Below the pieces are notes generated by a model. The model worked only from the letters and a program-made list of their open reading frames with translations, did not search any database and was not told the DNA's origin. Below, one piece after another: positions 1 to 8,723 of a DNA stretch of 64,000 nucleotides. Positions within the stretch are counted from its first letter, which is position 1. Each line of letters starts with the position of its first letter. The DNA lies in NCBI GenBank assembly GCA_964634935.1, contig CAZWJT010000003.1, positions 52,323-116,322 of the forward strand, in the 5' to 3' direction. The stretch comes from an uncultured Planctomycetia bacterium (lineage in GTDB: Bacteria > Omnitrophota > Gorgyraeia > Duberdicusellales > Duberdicusellaceae). The translations under genes were made by a program, and so were the position numbers.

Positions 1-1
1 C

Positions 2-784
2 ATGAATTGTACCGTCTCCACCGGATGTACCGCCGGAACGGATTCACTAGGGTTTTCCTATGAGTTGATCCGCGACGGTAAACAGGATATTATTATTGCC
101 GGAGCTACCGAGGCGCCGGTATGCCCAATCACATTTGGGGCTTTTGATGTTGTTAACGTTTTGGCCAAGAATAACGATGATCCCCATAAGGCAAGTCGGC
201 CATTTGACAATAAGCGCAATGGGTTTGTTATCTCTGAAGCCGCTGGTATTTTGATACTCGAAGAACTTGAACATGCGAAGAAAAGAAAAGCGAAAATTTA
301 TGGAGAGATTGTTGGCTACGGAACAAGTTGTAACGCATACCACATGACCGATCTTCCCGAAGATGGAGAAGCGATGGAACGGTGCATCAATGATGCCATC
401 GTGGATGCCAAGATTGAGAAAGAAGAGATTGATTATATTAATGCCCATGGTTCCTCTACCCGCCAGAACGATGTTTTTGAAACAAACGCGTATAAGGCGG
501 TTTTTGGAAAGCATGCTTATGCCGTTCCTATCAGTTCCGTGAAATCTATGATTGGACATCCTTTGGCCGCCGCGAACGCCGTGGAGAGCGTACTCTGTGC
601 AATGATCTTTCAACGCGGATATCTTCCGCCCACCATTAATCAGGAGGAGTCAGATCCAAAATGTGATTTAGACTATATCCCGAATGTAAAGCGGGAGGGA
701 AGGCCGCGATATATTTTAAAGACAAGCAGTGGTTTTTCAGGCATTCATTCCTCAATCATCTTTAAACGATGGGAGTGCGTATGA
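2..784 (+). CDS. beta-ketoacyl synthase, KS-alpha-like (5' end outside window)
   Basis: C-terminal two thirds of a KAS I/II fold: GCTAGTDSLG, catalytic His motifs INAHGSST and KSMIGHPLAAANAVE; ORF open at window start; stop overlaps next start (ATGA at 781-784). Confidence 0.85.
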   Translation: MNCTVSTGCTAGTDSLGFSYELIRDGKQDIIIAGATEAPVCPITFGAFDVVNVLAKNNDDPHKASRPFDNKRNGFVISEAAGILILEELEHAKKRKAKIYGEIVGYGTSCNAYHMTDLPEDGEAMERCINDAIVDAKIEKEEIDYINAHGSSTRQNDVFETNAYKAVFGKHAYAVPISSVKSMIGHPLAAANAVESVLCAMIFQRGYLPPTINQEESDPKCDLDYIPNVKREGRPRYILKTSSGFSGIHSSIIFKRWECV

Positions 785-2016
785 ACGAACGAGTTGCCAT
801 AACCGGGATGGGGGTAGTTTCGCCCGCTGGTTTAAAAAAAGAAACTGTCTGGGCAAATTTAAAGCGGGGCAGTTCTTTTGTCGATGAGATTACGAGATTT
901 GATGCAACACTTTATCCTTCCCGGATAGCAGGGCAAGTGCATGAGTTGGACTGTTATTCACATCTGCCCAGCCGGCTGGTGAAAAAGATAGATGTATTTT
1001 CGCATCTGGCTTTAGTGGCGAGCGAACAAGCGTTGCAGGATGCCCGCTTAGACCTTGAGGGAATCGATAAGCGCAGAGTGGGAGCTTTTATGGGAAACGC
1101 TTTGGGCGGCTGGCTTTTTGCTGAGACAGAATTGCGCGATCTTTACATTGAGGGCCGTGAGGGTGTGTCTCCATATATGGCATCCGCGTGGTTTGCCGCT
1201 GCCCCACAAGGGCAAATTACGATTTACTATGGGTTTAAGGGATACAGTAAGACAATAGTGGCGGACCGGGCGTCTTCCGCTTTTGCGATCTGGTATGGAG
1301 CCAGGGTTATCCAGGAAAATAAGAATGATTATGTCCTTGCCGGTGGCATGGAGGCGCCAATTACTCCTTATGCTCTGCTCTGTGCAAACACATGCGGTAA
1401 TCTTTCCAAGAACAACCTTACTCCCAAAAAGGCTTATAAACCCTATGATCTGTACCGAGACGGCTTTGTGTTGGCAGAAGGGGCCGGGATTGTTATGTTA
1501 GAGAAAGAAAGTCATGCTAGTGCCCGCAAGGCGCGGAGTTACGGATATATTTCCGGGGTTGGTTTTTCTTCCGACGGACACCACTATATGCGTCCAAGTC
1601 TTTCTTCCGATGCCCTGGAATATGCGATTGAGGAATGTTTGCGAGATTCCGGATGGAACAAAAAGGACATAGATTATATCTGTTTGGATGGAGAGGCAAC
1701 TCCTTTGGGTGATCTGGTGGAGACCAAGGCATTAAAGGCTGTTTTTGGGAAAGAGTTGAGTCACATTGCGTTAAGCGCCCCAAAGAGCATGTATGGGAAT
1801 CTTTTGGGAGCTCAGGCAGCGTTGGATTTAATCACCACGGTTCTTTCCATGAACAACAGTCTTGTGTTGCCCACGGTGAATTACGAAATGCCAGATCCGG
1901 ATTGTGATTTAGATTATACTCCGCTTAAGGCCCGCGAGAAGAAAATTCAGAAATCGTTGATTCTTACGCGCGGTCGTGGCGGAATAAATGTTGTTCTCGC
2001 TCTTGAGCGCGATTAG
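781..2016 (+). CDS. ketosynthase paralog lacking active-site Cys (chain-length-factor / KS-beta-like)
   Basis: Full-length KS fold (ITGMGVVSPAG N-terminus) but the position aligned to TACSS reads DRASS, no Cys; translationally coupled to the upstream KS; start moved to ATG 781 (GGGAG RBS) rather than 769. Confidence 0.72.
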   Translation: MNERVAITGMGVVSPAGLKKETVWANLKRGSSFVDEITRFDATLYPSRIAGQVHELDCYSHLPSRLVKKIDVFSHLALVASEQALQDARLDLEGIDKRRVGAFMGNALGGWLFAETELRDLYIEGREGVSPYMASAWFAAAPQGQITIYYGFKGYSKTIVADRASSAFAIWYGARVIQENKNDYVLAGGMEAPITPYALLCANTCGNLSKNNLTPKKAYKPYDLYRDGFVLAEGAGIVMLEKESHASARKARSYGYISGVGFSSDGHHYMRPSLSSDALEYAIEECLRDSGWNKKDIDYICLDGEATPLGDLVETKALKAVFGKELSHIALSAPKSMYGNLLGAQAALDLITTVLSMNNSLVLPTVNYEMPDPDCDLDYTPLKAREKKIQKSLILTRGRGGINVVLALERD

Positions 2017-2038
2017 AAGTTTGAAAAAGGAGGAAGGT

Positions 2039-2272
2039 ATGGATTTACGCGATGAAGTACTGCAGAAAATTTGCGAGACTCTGGATGTTGATGAAAAAGA
2101 GCTTACCGTGGACAAAAAACTTTACGATTCTATCGGTGTTGATTCAACGGAAATGGTCGAACTCACCGTTGCTTTAAGTAAGCATTTCGGAGTACAGATT
2201 GCGGCCCATGAAATGACTAAGTTTTCAACCCCCCTTGATATTATTGCGCTGATTGGGAAAAAGAGAGCTTAA
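2039..2272 (+). CDS. acyl carrier protein
   Basis: 78 aa, DSIGVDSTEMVEL phosphopantetheine-attachment Ser motif; AAGGAGGAAGG RBS 5 nt upstream of ATG 2039 (ORF-track start 1988 lacks RBS). Confidence 0.8.
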   Translation: MDLRDEVLQKICETLDVDEKELTVDKKLYDSIGVDSTEMVELTVALSKHFGVQIAAHEMTKFSTPLDIIALIGKKRA

Positions 2273-2275
2273 TCG

Positions 2276-3091
2276 ATGACTTTGATTGACTTAAGTCTTC
2301 CGATCGACGAAAAAGCCTTTGAGGTGCACAAAGTTGAGGTTGAGCGTATTTCGCATGGCGATGGAGTTGAGAAATTCAATCGAGTTATCATGGGGAAAAC
2401 TTTTCAAGGGAAACTGGCTTATTGGTTTGGCAAACGCATTATTCAGAAAAAAGATTTACCTGACGGCGAGTTTCTTTCGTTAGAAATCGTGCATGCCCCT
2501 GTGCACGTTGGCACGCATTTAGACTATACATTTCATTACGGTTCCTCTTCAGAAGAGCGGCCGTCAAAAACAGCTGAAGAGATTCCGCTGGAATGGTGCT
2601 ATCAGAGCGGCGTAAAACTCGATTTTACCCACAAAAAGCCGCAAGAGGTCATTACTGCAGGAGATGTGAAGGCAGCGCTTGAAAAGATCCGGTATACACT
2701 CCGGGATTTTGATATCGTTCTTTTTCATACCGGCGCCAGCGCTCTCTATGGCAGCCCAAGGTATTTTTCTGATTACCCAGGGGTTGATATAACTGCTATT
2801 GATTATCTGCTTGACCGGGGTGTTAAAATTTTTGGCGTTGATACGATGGGTATTGACCGGCCTTACAAATTTATGCTGGGAGAGTTTTTGAAGACGAAGG
2901 ATCCAAAACGATTTTATCCCGCTCATTTCTATGGTCGGAAGCGGGCATTCATCCATATTGAGCGCTTGGCATGTTTGGAAAAACTTCCCAGCTTTGGTTT
3001 CAAGATCATTTGTTTTCCGATCAAGATCAAATGTACGGGAGCTGCCTGGGCTCGCGTGGTGGCGCTCTGTGACTCTTCGGCGTGTCTGTAA
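2276..3091 (+). CDS. cyclase-family protein (kynurenine-formamidase-like 'putative cyclase')
   Basis: HAPVHVGTHLDYTFH = HxGTHxD metal-binding motif of the cyclase family; located directly after KS/CLF/ACP. Confidence 0.7.
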   Translation: MTLIDLSLPIDEKAFEVHKVEVERISHGDGVEKFNRVIMGKTFQGKLAYWFGKRIIQKKDLPDGEFLSLEIVHAPVHVGTHLDYTFHYGSSSEERPSKTAEEIPLEWCYQSGVKLDFTHKKPQEVITAGDVKAALEKIRYTLRDFDIVLFHTGASALYGSPRYFSDYPGVDITAIDYLLDRGVKIFGVDTMGIDRPYKFMLGEFLKTKDPKRFYPAHFYGRKRAFIHIERLACLEKLPSFGFKIICFPIKIKCTGAAWARVVALCDSSACL

Positions 3092-3118
3092 AAGAATTGA
3101 AACAAGGAGGAAAAAGTT

Positions 3119-3559
3119 ATGGCTCATACCGTTAATAGAATCGTGATCGATGCGCCCTATGAAAAAGTATTTGCGATGAGCAACGATATTGCTCGCTGGA
3201 AGGATTTTTTTGATGAATATACTGCGTCCGAAGTGCTTTCTCATGAGGGGAACAAGATTCTTTTTAAGCTTACTCATACCAATGGTACCAGTTGGCAATC
3301 CTACCGCCTGCTTTTTCCCGAAGAAAGATTTACCTATGCCGAACGGCTTACTCCCTTGTTCCCTTTTGCGTATATGAAAATTATCTGGCTGTATCGCCAA
3401 ACTTCCTCGGGAGTTGAGATGACCTGGATCCAAGATTTTACAATGGACAAGCAGGCTAAGTTTACGGATACGCAAGTAGAGGAAATGATGAACAAACATT
3501 CCGGAGAAAATCTGAAACGTTTCAAAGAAATTATCGAGAAAGAGGCGAAAGCGCCATAA
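3119..3559 (+). CDS. SRPBCC-superfamily polyketide cyclase/dehydrase-like protein
   Basis: 146 aa, N-terminus IVIDAPYEKVFAMSNDIARWKDFF typical of Polyketide_cyc2/START fold; strong RBS AAGGAGGAAAAAG upstream. Confidence 0.6.
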   Translation: MAHTVNRIVIDAPYEKVFAMSNDIARWKDFFDEYTASEVLSHEGNKILFKLTHTNGTSWQSYRLLFPEERFTYAERLTPLFPFAYMKIIWLYRQTSSGVEMTWIQDFTMDKQAKFTDTQVEEMMNKHSGENLKRFKEIIEKEAKAP

Positions 3560-4686
3560 TGAAAAAAAGCACTTTTCTTCTTCTCTGTATTGAAGGAGCG
3601 GTGTTGTCTTTTAATGTAGCAGCCTGCGTCGCGCTTATCCCCCAGATTGCGTCAACGTTCCAAGTCGAGCAATTCATCGCGGGCAGACTGACCTGGATTT
3701 ATATGCTTCCTTACGGTGTTGCCGCCTTGGTTTATGGTCCGCTGATTCGGATTGTTGACGCAAAAAAAGTAGAGTGTATTTGTATTCTGTTTTTTGCGTG
3801 CAGTAATTTTTTTGCAGCAACCTCCCAGACAATCGAAGCCCTTTTTATCTCTCGGTTTTTCATGGGCTTGTCCGGTGCGTCGGTTATCCCTCTCGGACTT
3901 ATCCTTATTGCTCAGGAAGTAAAGTCGAGAGAGCGAGGGAAGTATGTCGGCTTTTTTTTCAGCGCGACATTTATCGCTTCATTAATTGGTCTTGTGTTAA
4001 GCGGTTTTGTTCCATGGAGAAATCTTTTCCTTATCCCCGCAGTTTCTGGATTTCTACTCTTTTTTGGCATGGTTTCCTGGTTACCAAATTTTGGCGTACT
4101 ACCGGGACAAAAGGTATTCCGCTATTGGCAGAGCTTTCAGCACAAAGGAGTTCGTCTGGTGTTTTTCTATATTTTTTTTATCAGCATGTTTTACCATGGA
4201 GTTCAGCAATGGCTCGGAGTATATTTTTCGCAGGGATACCTTTTCAATCAAATGACAATCAGCTTACTTGTGACCTTAACGAGTTTTAGCGGTATATTTG
4301 GTGAGGCCATTGGAGGGTATCTCTCCGATCTTATCGGCCGGATACCGACGATTAATCTTGGTATTCTCTGCATGATCGCTGGACTTGTTCTTTTACTGGT
4401 ACGCTTGCCGCTTTTTCTGCTTATACTTCCGATGCTCTTGTGGGGTTTTGGCTGGACGTTGAATCACGCCGGCGTTTCTACTGTGCTTACGGATCTACCC
4501 GGAAATCTTGTCCATGAGGCGGCAAGCCTTAACAGCGGTATTCGATTTTTGTCTGGAGGTATTGGTACGGTTATTGGCGGAATTATTTTACAGAAGAGTT
4601 TTTCACTGGGTTTTCTTCTGTTTGGCGTATGCTTGTTGTTCTTATATATGGCGCACGACCATTTTTTACGCATTCAAAAGGCATAA
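3559..4686 (+). CDS. MFS-type membrane transporter
   Basis: 375 aa, about 10-12 hydrophobic helices, Gly-rich inter-helix loops; ATGA overlap with previous gene. Confidence 0.5.
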   Translation: MKKSTFLLLCIEGAVLSFNVAACVALIPQIASTFQVEQFIAGRLTWIYMLPYGVAALVYGPLIRIVDAKKVECICILFFACSNFFAATSQTIEALFISRFFMGLSGASVIPLGLILIAQEVKSRERGKYVGFFFSATFIASLIGLVLSGFVPWRNLFLIPAVSGFLLFFGMVSWLPNFGVLPGQKVFRYWQSFQHKGVRLVFFYIFFISMFYHGVQQWLGVYFSQGYLFNQMTISLLVTLTSFSGIFGEAIGGYLSDLIGRIPTINLGILCMIAGLVLLLVRLPLFLLILPMLLWGFGWTLNHAGVSTVLTDLPGNLVHEAASLNSGIRFLSGGIGTVIGGIILQKSFSLGFLLFGVCLLFLYMAHDHFLRIQKA

Positions 4687-4704
4687 GCATAATAAGGAGG
4701 GGCT

Positions 4705-5478
4705 ATGGATGAATTACGAGGGAAAGTAGCGATTGTTACCGGAGCAAGCCGCGGCATCGGTAAAGCGCTCGCGTCGACTGCCGCGAGTCTTGGTATTACC
4801 CTAAGTATTGCCGCGCGGCAGGAAAGTCCTCTTCGGGATACCGCAGAAGAAATTTCCAAAAAACATAAGGTGAAAGTGCTTCCTGTTGTCTGCGATGTGA
4901 CCAAGCTTGAGGACTTGGAAAACCTGGTTGCTAAAACCAAAGCAGAGTTCGGCAGGGTTGACATTTTAATCAATAATGCCGGCGTATCAAGCCAATACCC
5001 GTTTCCTCAGCAGCCCCTTGCTGATTTTGAGAAGCTTGCCCACACGAACTATTTAGGATATGTGCGCCTGATCCGTTTAGTTATTGAAGAGATGATTGAG
5101 AGAAAATCTGGCGCGATTATTAATATGGTTTCTGGTTCAACGCTTTGTGATCCTGTTCCCAGGAATTTTATTGTGTATAGCTCTCTCAAAGTGGGTTTAC
5201 GCGCTTTCAGCAAAGGGTTATTCTGGGAATTGCGCGACTGCGGTATCAAAGTAACTTCCATTCTACCTGGGGTTACCGATACGGATCTTACGGGAAAATT
5301 GCAAGAAATAACGGCTGATACAAGCCGTTTGATGACTACAGAAGCGATTGAGAATGCGCTTCGTTTTGCATTGACTGTTCCGGCAAATGTTTGTCCTCTC
5401 GAGATTGCGGTTATTAATCAGCAGACACCTTGGACAAAGCCGGTTATTCCTTATACACAGGCGCATCCAAAACAATAA
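4705..5478 (+). CDS. SDR-family oxidoreductase (ketoreductase-like)
   Basis: TGASRGIGKA Rossmann motif, NNAG, YSSLK catalytic YxxxK. Confidence 0.85.
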   Translation: MDELRGKVAIVTGASRGIGKALASTAASLGITLSIAARQESPLRDTAEEISKKHKVKVLPVVCDVTKLEDLENLVAKTKAEFGRVDILINNAGVSSQYPFPQQPLADFEKLAHTNYLGYVRLIRLVIEEMIERKSGAIINMVSGSTLCDPVPRNFIVYSSLKVGLRAFSKGLFWELRDCGIKVTSILPGVTDTDLTGKLQEITADTSRLMTTEAIENALRFALTVPANVCPLEIAVINQQTPWTKPVIPYTQAHPKQ

Positions 5479-5505
5479 CCAGTTATTCCGAAAATGGAGG
5501 AAGAA

Positions 5506-6966
5506 ATGAAAATTCTATTTGTCATGCCAAAAGTCGGTGCCTGGGCTACTCATGGACAACATCGGGCTCCAAATCAGCTCTACGCACAGTGGGCAGCCTA
5601 TGTGCGAGAAAAAGGATACGATAATCTGGAAGTGCTTGATTGTCGAGCTTTAAATATTTCTCCAGAAGAAATGGTTGAGAAGGTAAAAGCAGCAAAGCCA
5701 ACGATTGTAGTTCTCGGTGACATGCTCCATTCGTACGGCGGCTACGCGATTGTTTGGTATTTTAACGATACTGCGCGGCGAATCAAACAAGCGCTCCCCC
5801 AGGTAACCATTATTATGGGCGGATTATGGTATTCAGCAACACCGCAACAGACTATGGAGGAGAATCCGGCGGTTGACTTTGTGGTTATGGGCGAAGAGGA
5901 ATCATTCTATGATCTGCTTGCGGCTTTGGACAAAAAGAAGAACCTGAAAGATGTGGCAGGGGTGAGCTCCCGGATAGAAGGAAAAGTTTTTCTGGGCCCT
6001 CATAAACCGCTGCTTATGGATTTGAATAGTTTACCGCTTCCAGCTTATGATTTATTCCCGATGGATACTTACGTGGGACACACTCACTGGAAGCCGTTTG
6101 TAGAAATGGTGACTTCCCGGGGTTGCCCTTCTGCGTGTACATTTTGCTACGAATGGGATCAATACGACCCGCGTCATCCGGAAGACTTTCTTAAGTGGCG
6201 GGCTAAATCTCCAGAGCGCGTGATCGAAGAGCTCGAATTACTCCACAAAAAATTCGGCACAAAAGTGGTTGTTATTCAAGATGACAACTTTAACGTAGAT
6301 GCGAAAAGAGTCGAGCGCTTCTGTTTGTTGAAGAAAGAAAAAAATAATCCGATTAAATGGGTTTCGCTCGGTCGGGCGGTTGATTGGATTAACTGTGAAC
6401 AGATTTTGCCACTGATGAAAGAAACAGGCTTATTCACTGGTGTGTTTGGTATTGAAGTTACCACCGAGGAAGAGTTAAAGAAGATTGCAAAAGGGATTAC
6501 CATCGCCCAAATCAAGAAAACCGTAGAAATTTTACGAAAGAATAATGTTGCGGTTGTCGCTGATATCATGATGGGGTTTGACTACGACAATGAACAAATC
6601 ATTAAGCAACGTTTTGAATTTACCGATGAAGTCGATCCAGACATCCTTTGGATTGGGTATGTTACGCCAGCCCCGAATTCTCCAATGTGGAGGATTGGCC
6701 TGAAGAAGGGGTGGATTGATCCGAAGAAGATCGATTTTCTGAAATGGGATTTTTTACATCCAGTAACCCCGACCGACTACCTCTCAACCGAAGATTTGGG
6801 CAGGCTTGGGGCGTGGTGTATGCGGGAATTTTTCTCAAAGCCGGGGAGAATCCAAAGGATTATGACCAGCAATTTTGATCCGCTGGCAAAACTTTGTTTC
6901 CAGGATGTTATGCAGGGAGTGAGCGCCTGGGAAGAAGGAGCAGTCAAAGGAAAAAAACATATCTAG
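5506..6966 (+). CDS. B12-binding-domain radical SAM enzyme
   Basis: N-terminal cobalamin-binding-like domain followed by CPSACTFC (CxxxCxxC) radical SAM cluster motif; GGAGGA RBS favours ATG 5506 over 5494. Confidence 0.8.
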   Translation: MKILFVMPKVGAWATHGQHRAPNQLYAQWAAYVREKGYDNLEVLDCRALNISPEEMVEKVKAAKPTIVVLGDMLHSYGGYAIVWYFNDTARRIKQALPQVTIIMGGLWYSATPQQTMEENPAVDFVVMGEEESFYDLLAALDKKKNLKDVAGVSSRIEGKVFLGPHKPLLMDLNSLPLPAYDLFPMDTYVGHTHWKPFVEMVTSRGCPSACTFCYEWDQYDPRHPEDFLKWRAKSPERVIEELELLHKKFGTKVVVIQDDNFNVDAKRVERFCLLKKEKNNPIKWVSLGRAVDWINCEQILPLMKETGLFTGVFGIEVTTEEELKKIAKGITIAQIKKTVEILRKNNVAVVADIMMGFDYDNEQIIKQRFEFTDEVDPDILWIGYVTPAPNSPMWRIGLKKGWIDPKKIDFLKWDFLHPVTPTDYLSTEDLGRLGAWCMREFFSKPGRIQRIMTSNFDPLAKLCFQDVMQGVSAWEEGAVKGKKHI

Positions 6967-7003
6967 TCAGACAAGAACATATTGATTCAGAGGAACTTTA
7001 TCT

Positions 7004-7918
7004 ATGATTTGTGATTTTCACATACATTTTATTCCTCAGGTTATCGCTGAGCACACATCTTTCTTCCGGGGTGTTTGGTCGGATAAAGCCAGGCTCCTTG
7101 ATTTTTTACGGACGAATAACATCGGGAAAGCTCATCTTGTGTATCCGGCGACGGATGCCCATAGAACACTTGGGGCTGTTGAACTTTGTAAAATTTATAA
7201 CGAAGAGGTGCTGCGCTTTGCCTGCGAAACCGGGGGAGTCGTTCTTCCTTCCGGTATTGTGGATGTTTCACAGGGCGAAGATAAAATTATTTCTGCCATT
7301 GACGAACTCAAGAAGCAAGGTTTTCGAAGCATCTCGCTCGCATCGAGCTATGAAGGGAAATACATCACGGAAAAATTAAAGCTTATTTGTCGCAGGATAG
7401 CCGAACACAACCTTACGCTTTTTGTACATCCCCAGGTTGCCAATCCTGTCGGATTTGATCGGGTACAAGATCCATTGCTCATGCCGGTTCTGGAATATAG
7501 TTTCGATGTTTCCTTGTGTTTTGGCTTATGTATGGTTTCAGGCATTTTTTCCGAAGAACAGAATCCGAAAATAGTTTTTTCTTCGTTAGGCGGAGTCATT
7601 CCATTCTTGCGTGATCGTTTCGACAGCGTCTATATGATGCTCCGCGGCCGGAATATGGTTGAGGATCTAGGAGCGCTTCCTTCGCAGCTCTTAAAGAAAG
7701 CGTATATCGATATTGCGGGCGTGCAGTCTCGCGATATCCTGGCATGTGCGCTCAATCTTTTTTCCGAGGACCACATTCTGTTTGCTTCGGATTATCCAGC
7801 TCAACAAAATATCATGGGCCAGCTGGAGTCTTTCTCTGGACTTTCTCAGGTCGCGCGCGAGAAAATATTAAGCAGAAATTTCTTAAAGTTATTATGCGAT
7901 GATGAAGCTGTACTCTAA
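7004..7918 (+). CDS. amidohydrolase-2 family TIM-barrel metal-dependent hydrolase/decarboxylase
   Basis: N-terminal CDFHIHFIP metal-ligand motif typical of amidohydrolase_2 (ACMSD-like) proteins; about 300 aa. Confidence 0.5.
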   Translation: MICDFHIHFIPQVIAEHTSFFRGVWSDKARLLDFLRTNNIGKAHLVYPATDAHRTLGAVELCKIYNEEVLRFACETGGVVLPSGIVDVSQGEDKIISAIDELKKQGFRSISLASSYEGKYITEKLKLICRRIAEHNLTLFVHPQVANPVGFDRVQDPLLMPVLEYSFDVSLCFGLCMVSGIFSEEQNPKIVFSSLGGVIPFLRDRFDSVYMMLRGRNMVEDLGALPSQLLKKAYIDIAGVQSRDILACALNLFSEDHILFASDYPAQQNIMGQLESFSGLSQVAREKILSRNFLKLLCDDEAVL

Positions 7919-8723
7919 CGGATCTTTTTCCTCCGAAGGCAACCCTAAAGAGCTGCTGGAACCAGGTTTTTTGTTTGGTTGGGGAGTTTTTGAAACCATC
8001 CGCGTTTATCAGCGAAAGCCAGCTTTTCTTTCCGAGCATGTTCAGCGTTTGGAAAAAAGTTGTCGTAAGTTATTCTTGGAGTTTCCTGATTGTTGTATTC
8101 CCTCGATTTTGGAAAAGCTGCTTGATGAAAATCAGCTCGACGACGCGTATTGCCGGGTTACTGTCTATAAAAGACGGGAAGGGGCGGGTATCCTTATTCA
8201 TGTTGCCCCGTTCGCCTATTATCAATCCGGTGAATCTGACCAGGGAGTAAGCGCAGTTATCGCGCCTTTTCGCAGATACTCGGCAAATCCATTCTTAGGG
8301 CTTAAATTGATCAGCTATTGCGAGAACCGGATTGCTTGGAGAATCGCCCAGGATAAAAAGGCTGAAGAGGCACTGATGCTCAACGAGAATGATTTTCTGA
8401 CAGGAGGATCCCGGAGCAGCATATTCTTTGTCAAAGATGGGGTATTATGTACGCCATCTCTTGCCTGCGGGGTATTCCCCGGAATTACCCGGGAGCGCGT
8501 ATTGGCGATCAGTAAAAGAATCGGGCTCTTTTGTAAAGAAGGAGAATTTAAGCCCGAAGATTTAACGAAGGCCCAGGAAGTATTTCTTACGAGTTCTTTG
8601 ATGGAAATTATGCCTCTGGTGTATATCCAAGGCTGCGCTTTTACAGCAAAAAACCCAGGTATTTGGACAAAAAAACTACACTCTTTATATTTGGAAGAAA
8701 TAAACAATGCCCACGCAGTTTAG
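7899..8723 (+). CDS. class IV aminotransferase-fold protein, aminodeoxychorismate-lyase-like
   Basis: 274 aa, GxGVFETIRV N-terminal motif and overall length typical of PabC/ADC lyase rather than BCAT. Confidence 0.6.
   Translation: MMKLYSNGSFSSEGNPKELLEPGFLFGWGVFETIRVYQRKPAFLSEHVQRLEKSCRKLFLEFPDCCIPSILEKLLDENQLDDAYCRVTVYKRREGAGILIHVAPFAYYQSGESDQGVSAVIAPFRRYSANPFLGLKLISYCENRIAWRIAQDKKAEEALMLNENDFLTGGSRSSIFFVKDGVLCTPSLACGVFPGITRERVLAISKRIGLFCKEGEFKPEDLTKAQEVFLTSSLMEIMPLVYIQGCAFTAKNPGIWTKKLHSLYLEEINNAHAV

Noticed and set aside
2564-3499. 311-aa minus-strand ORF
   Set aside because: Lies antisense across the well-supported cyclase-family and SRPBCC genes. No motifs. Typical shadow ORF.
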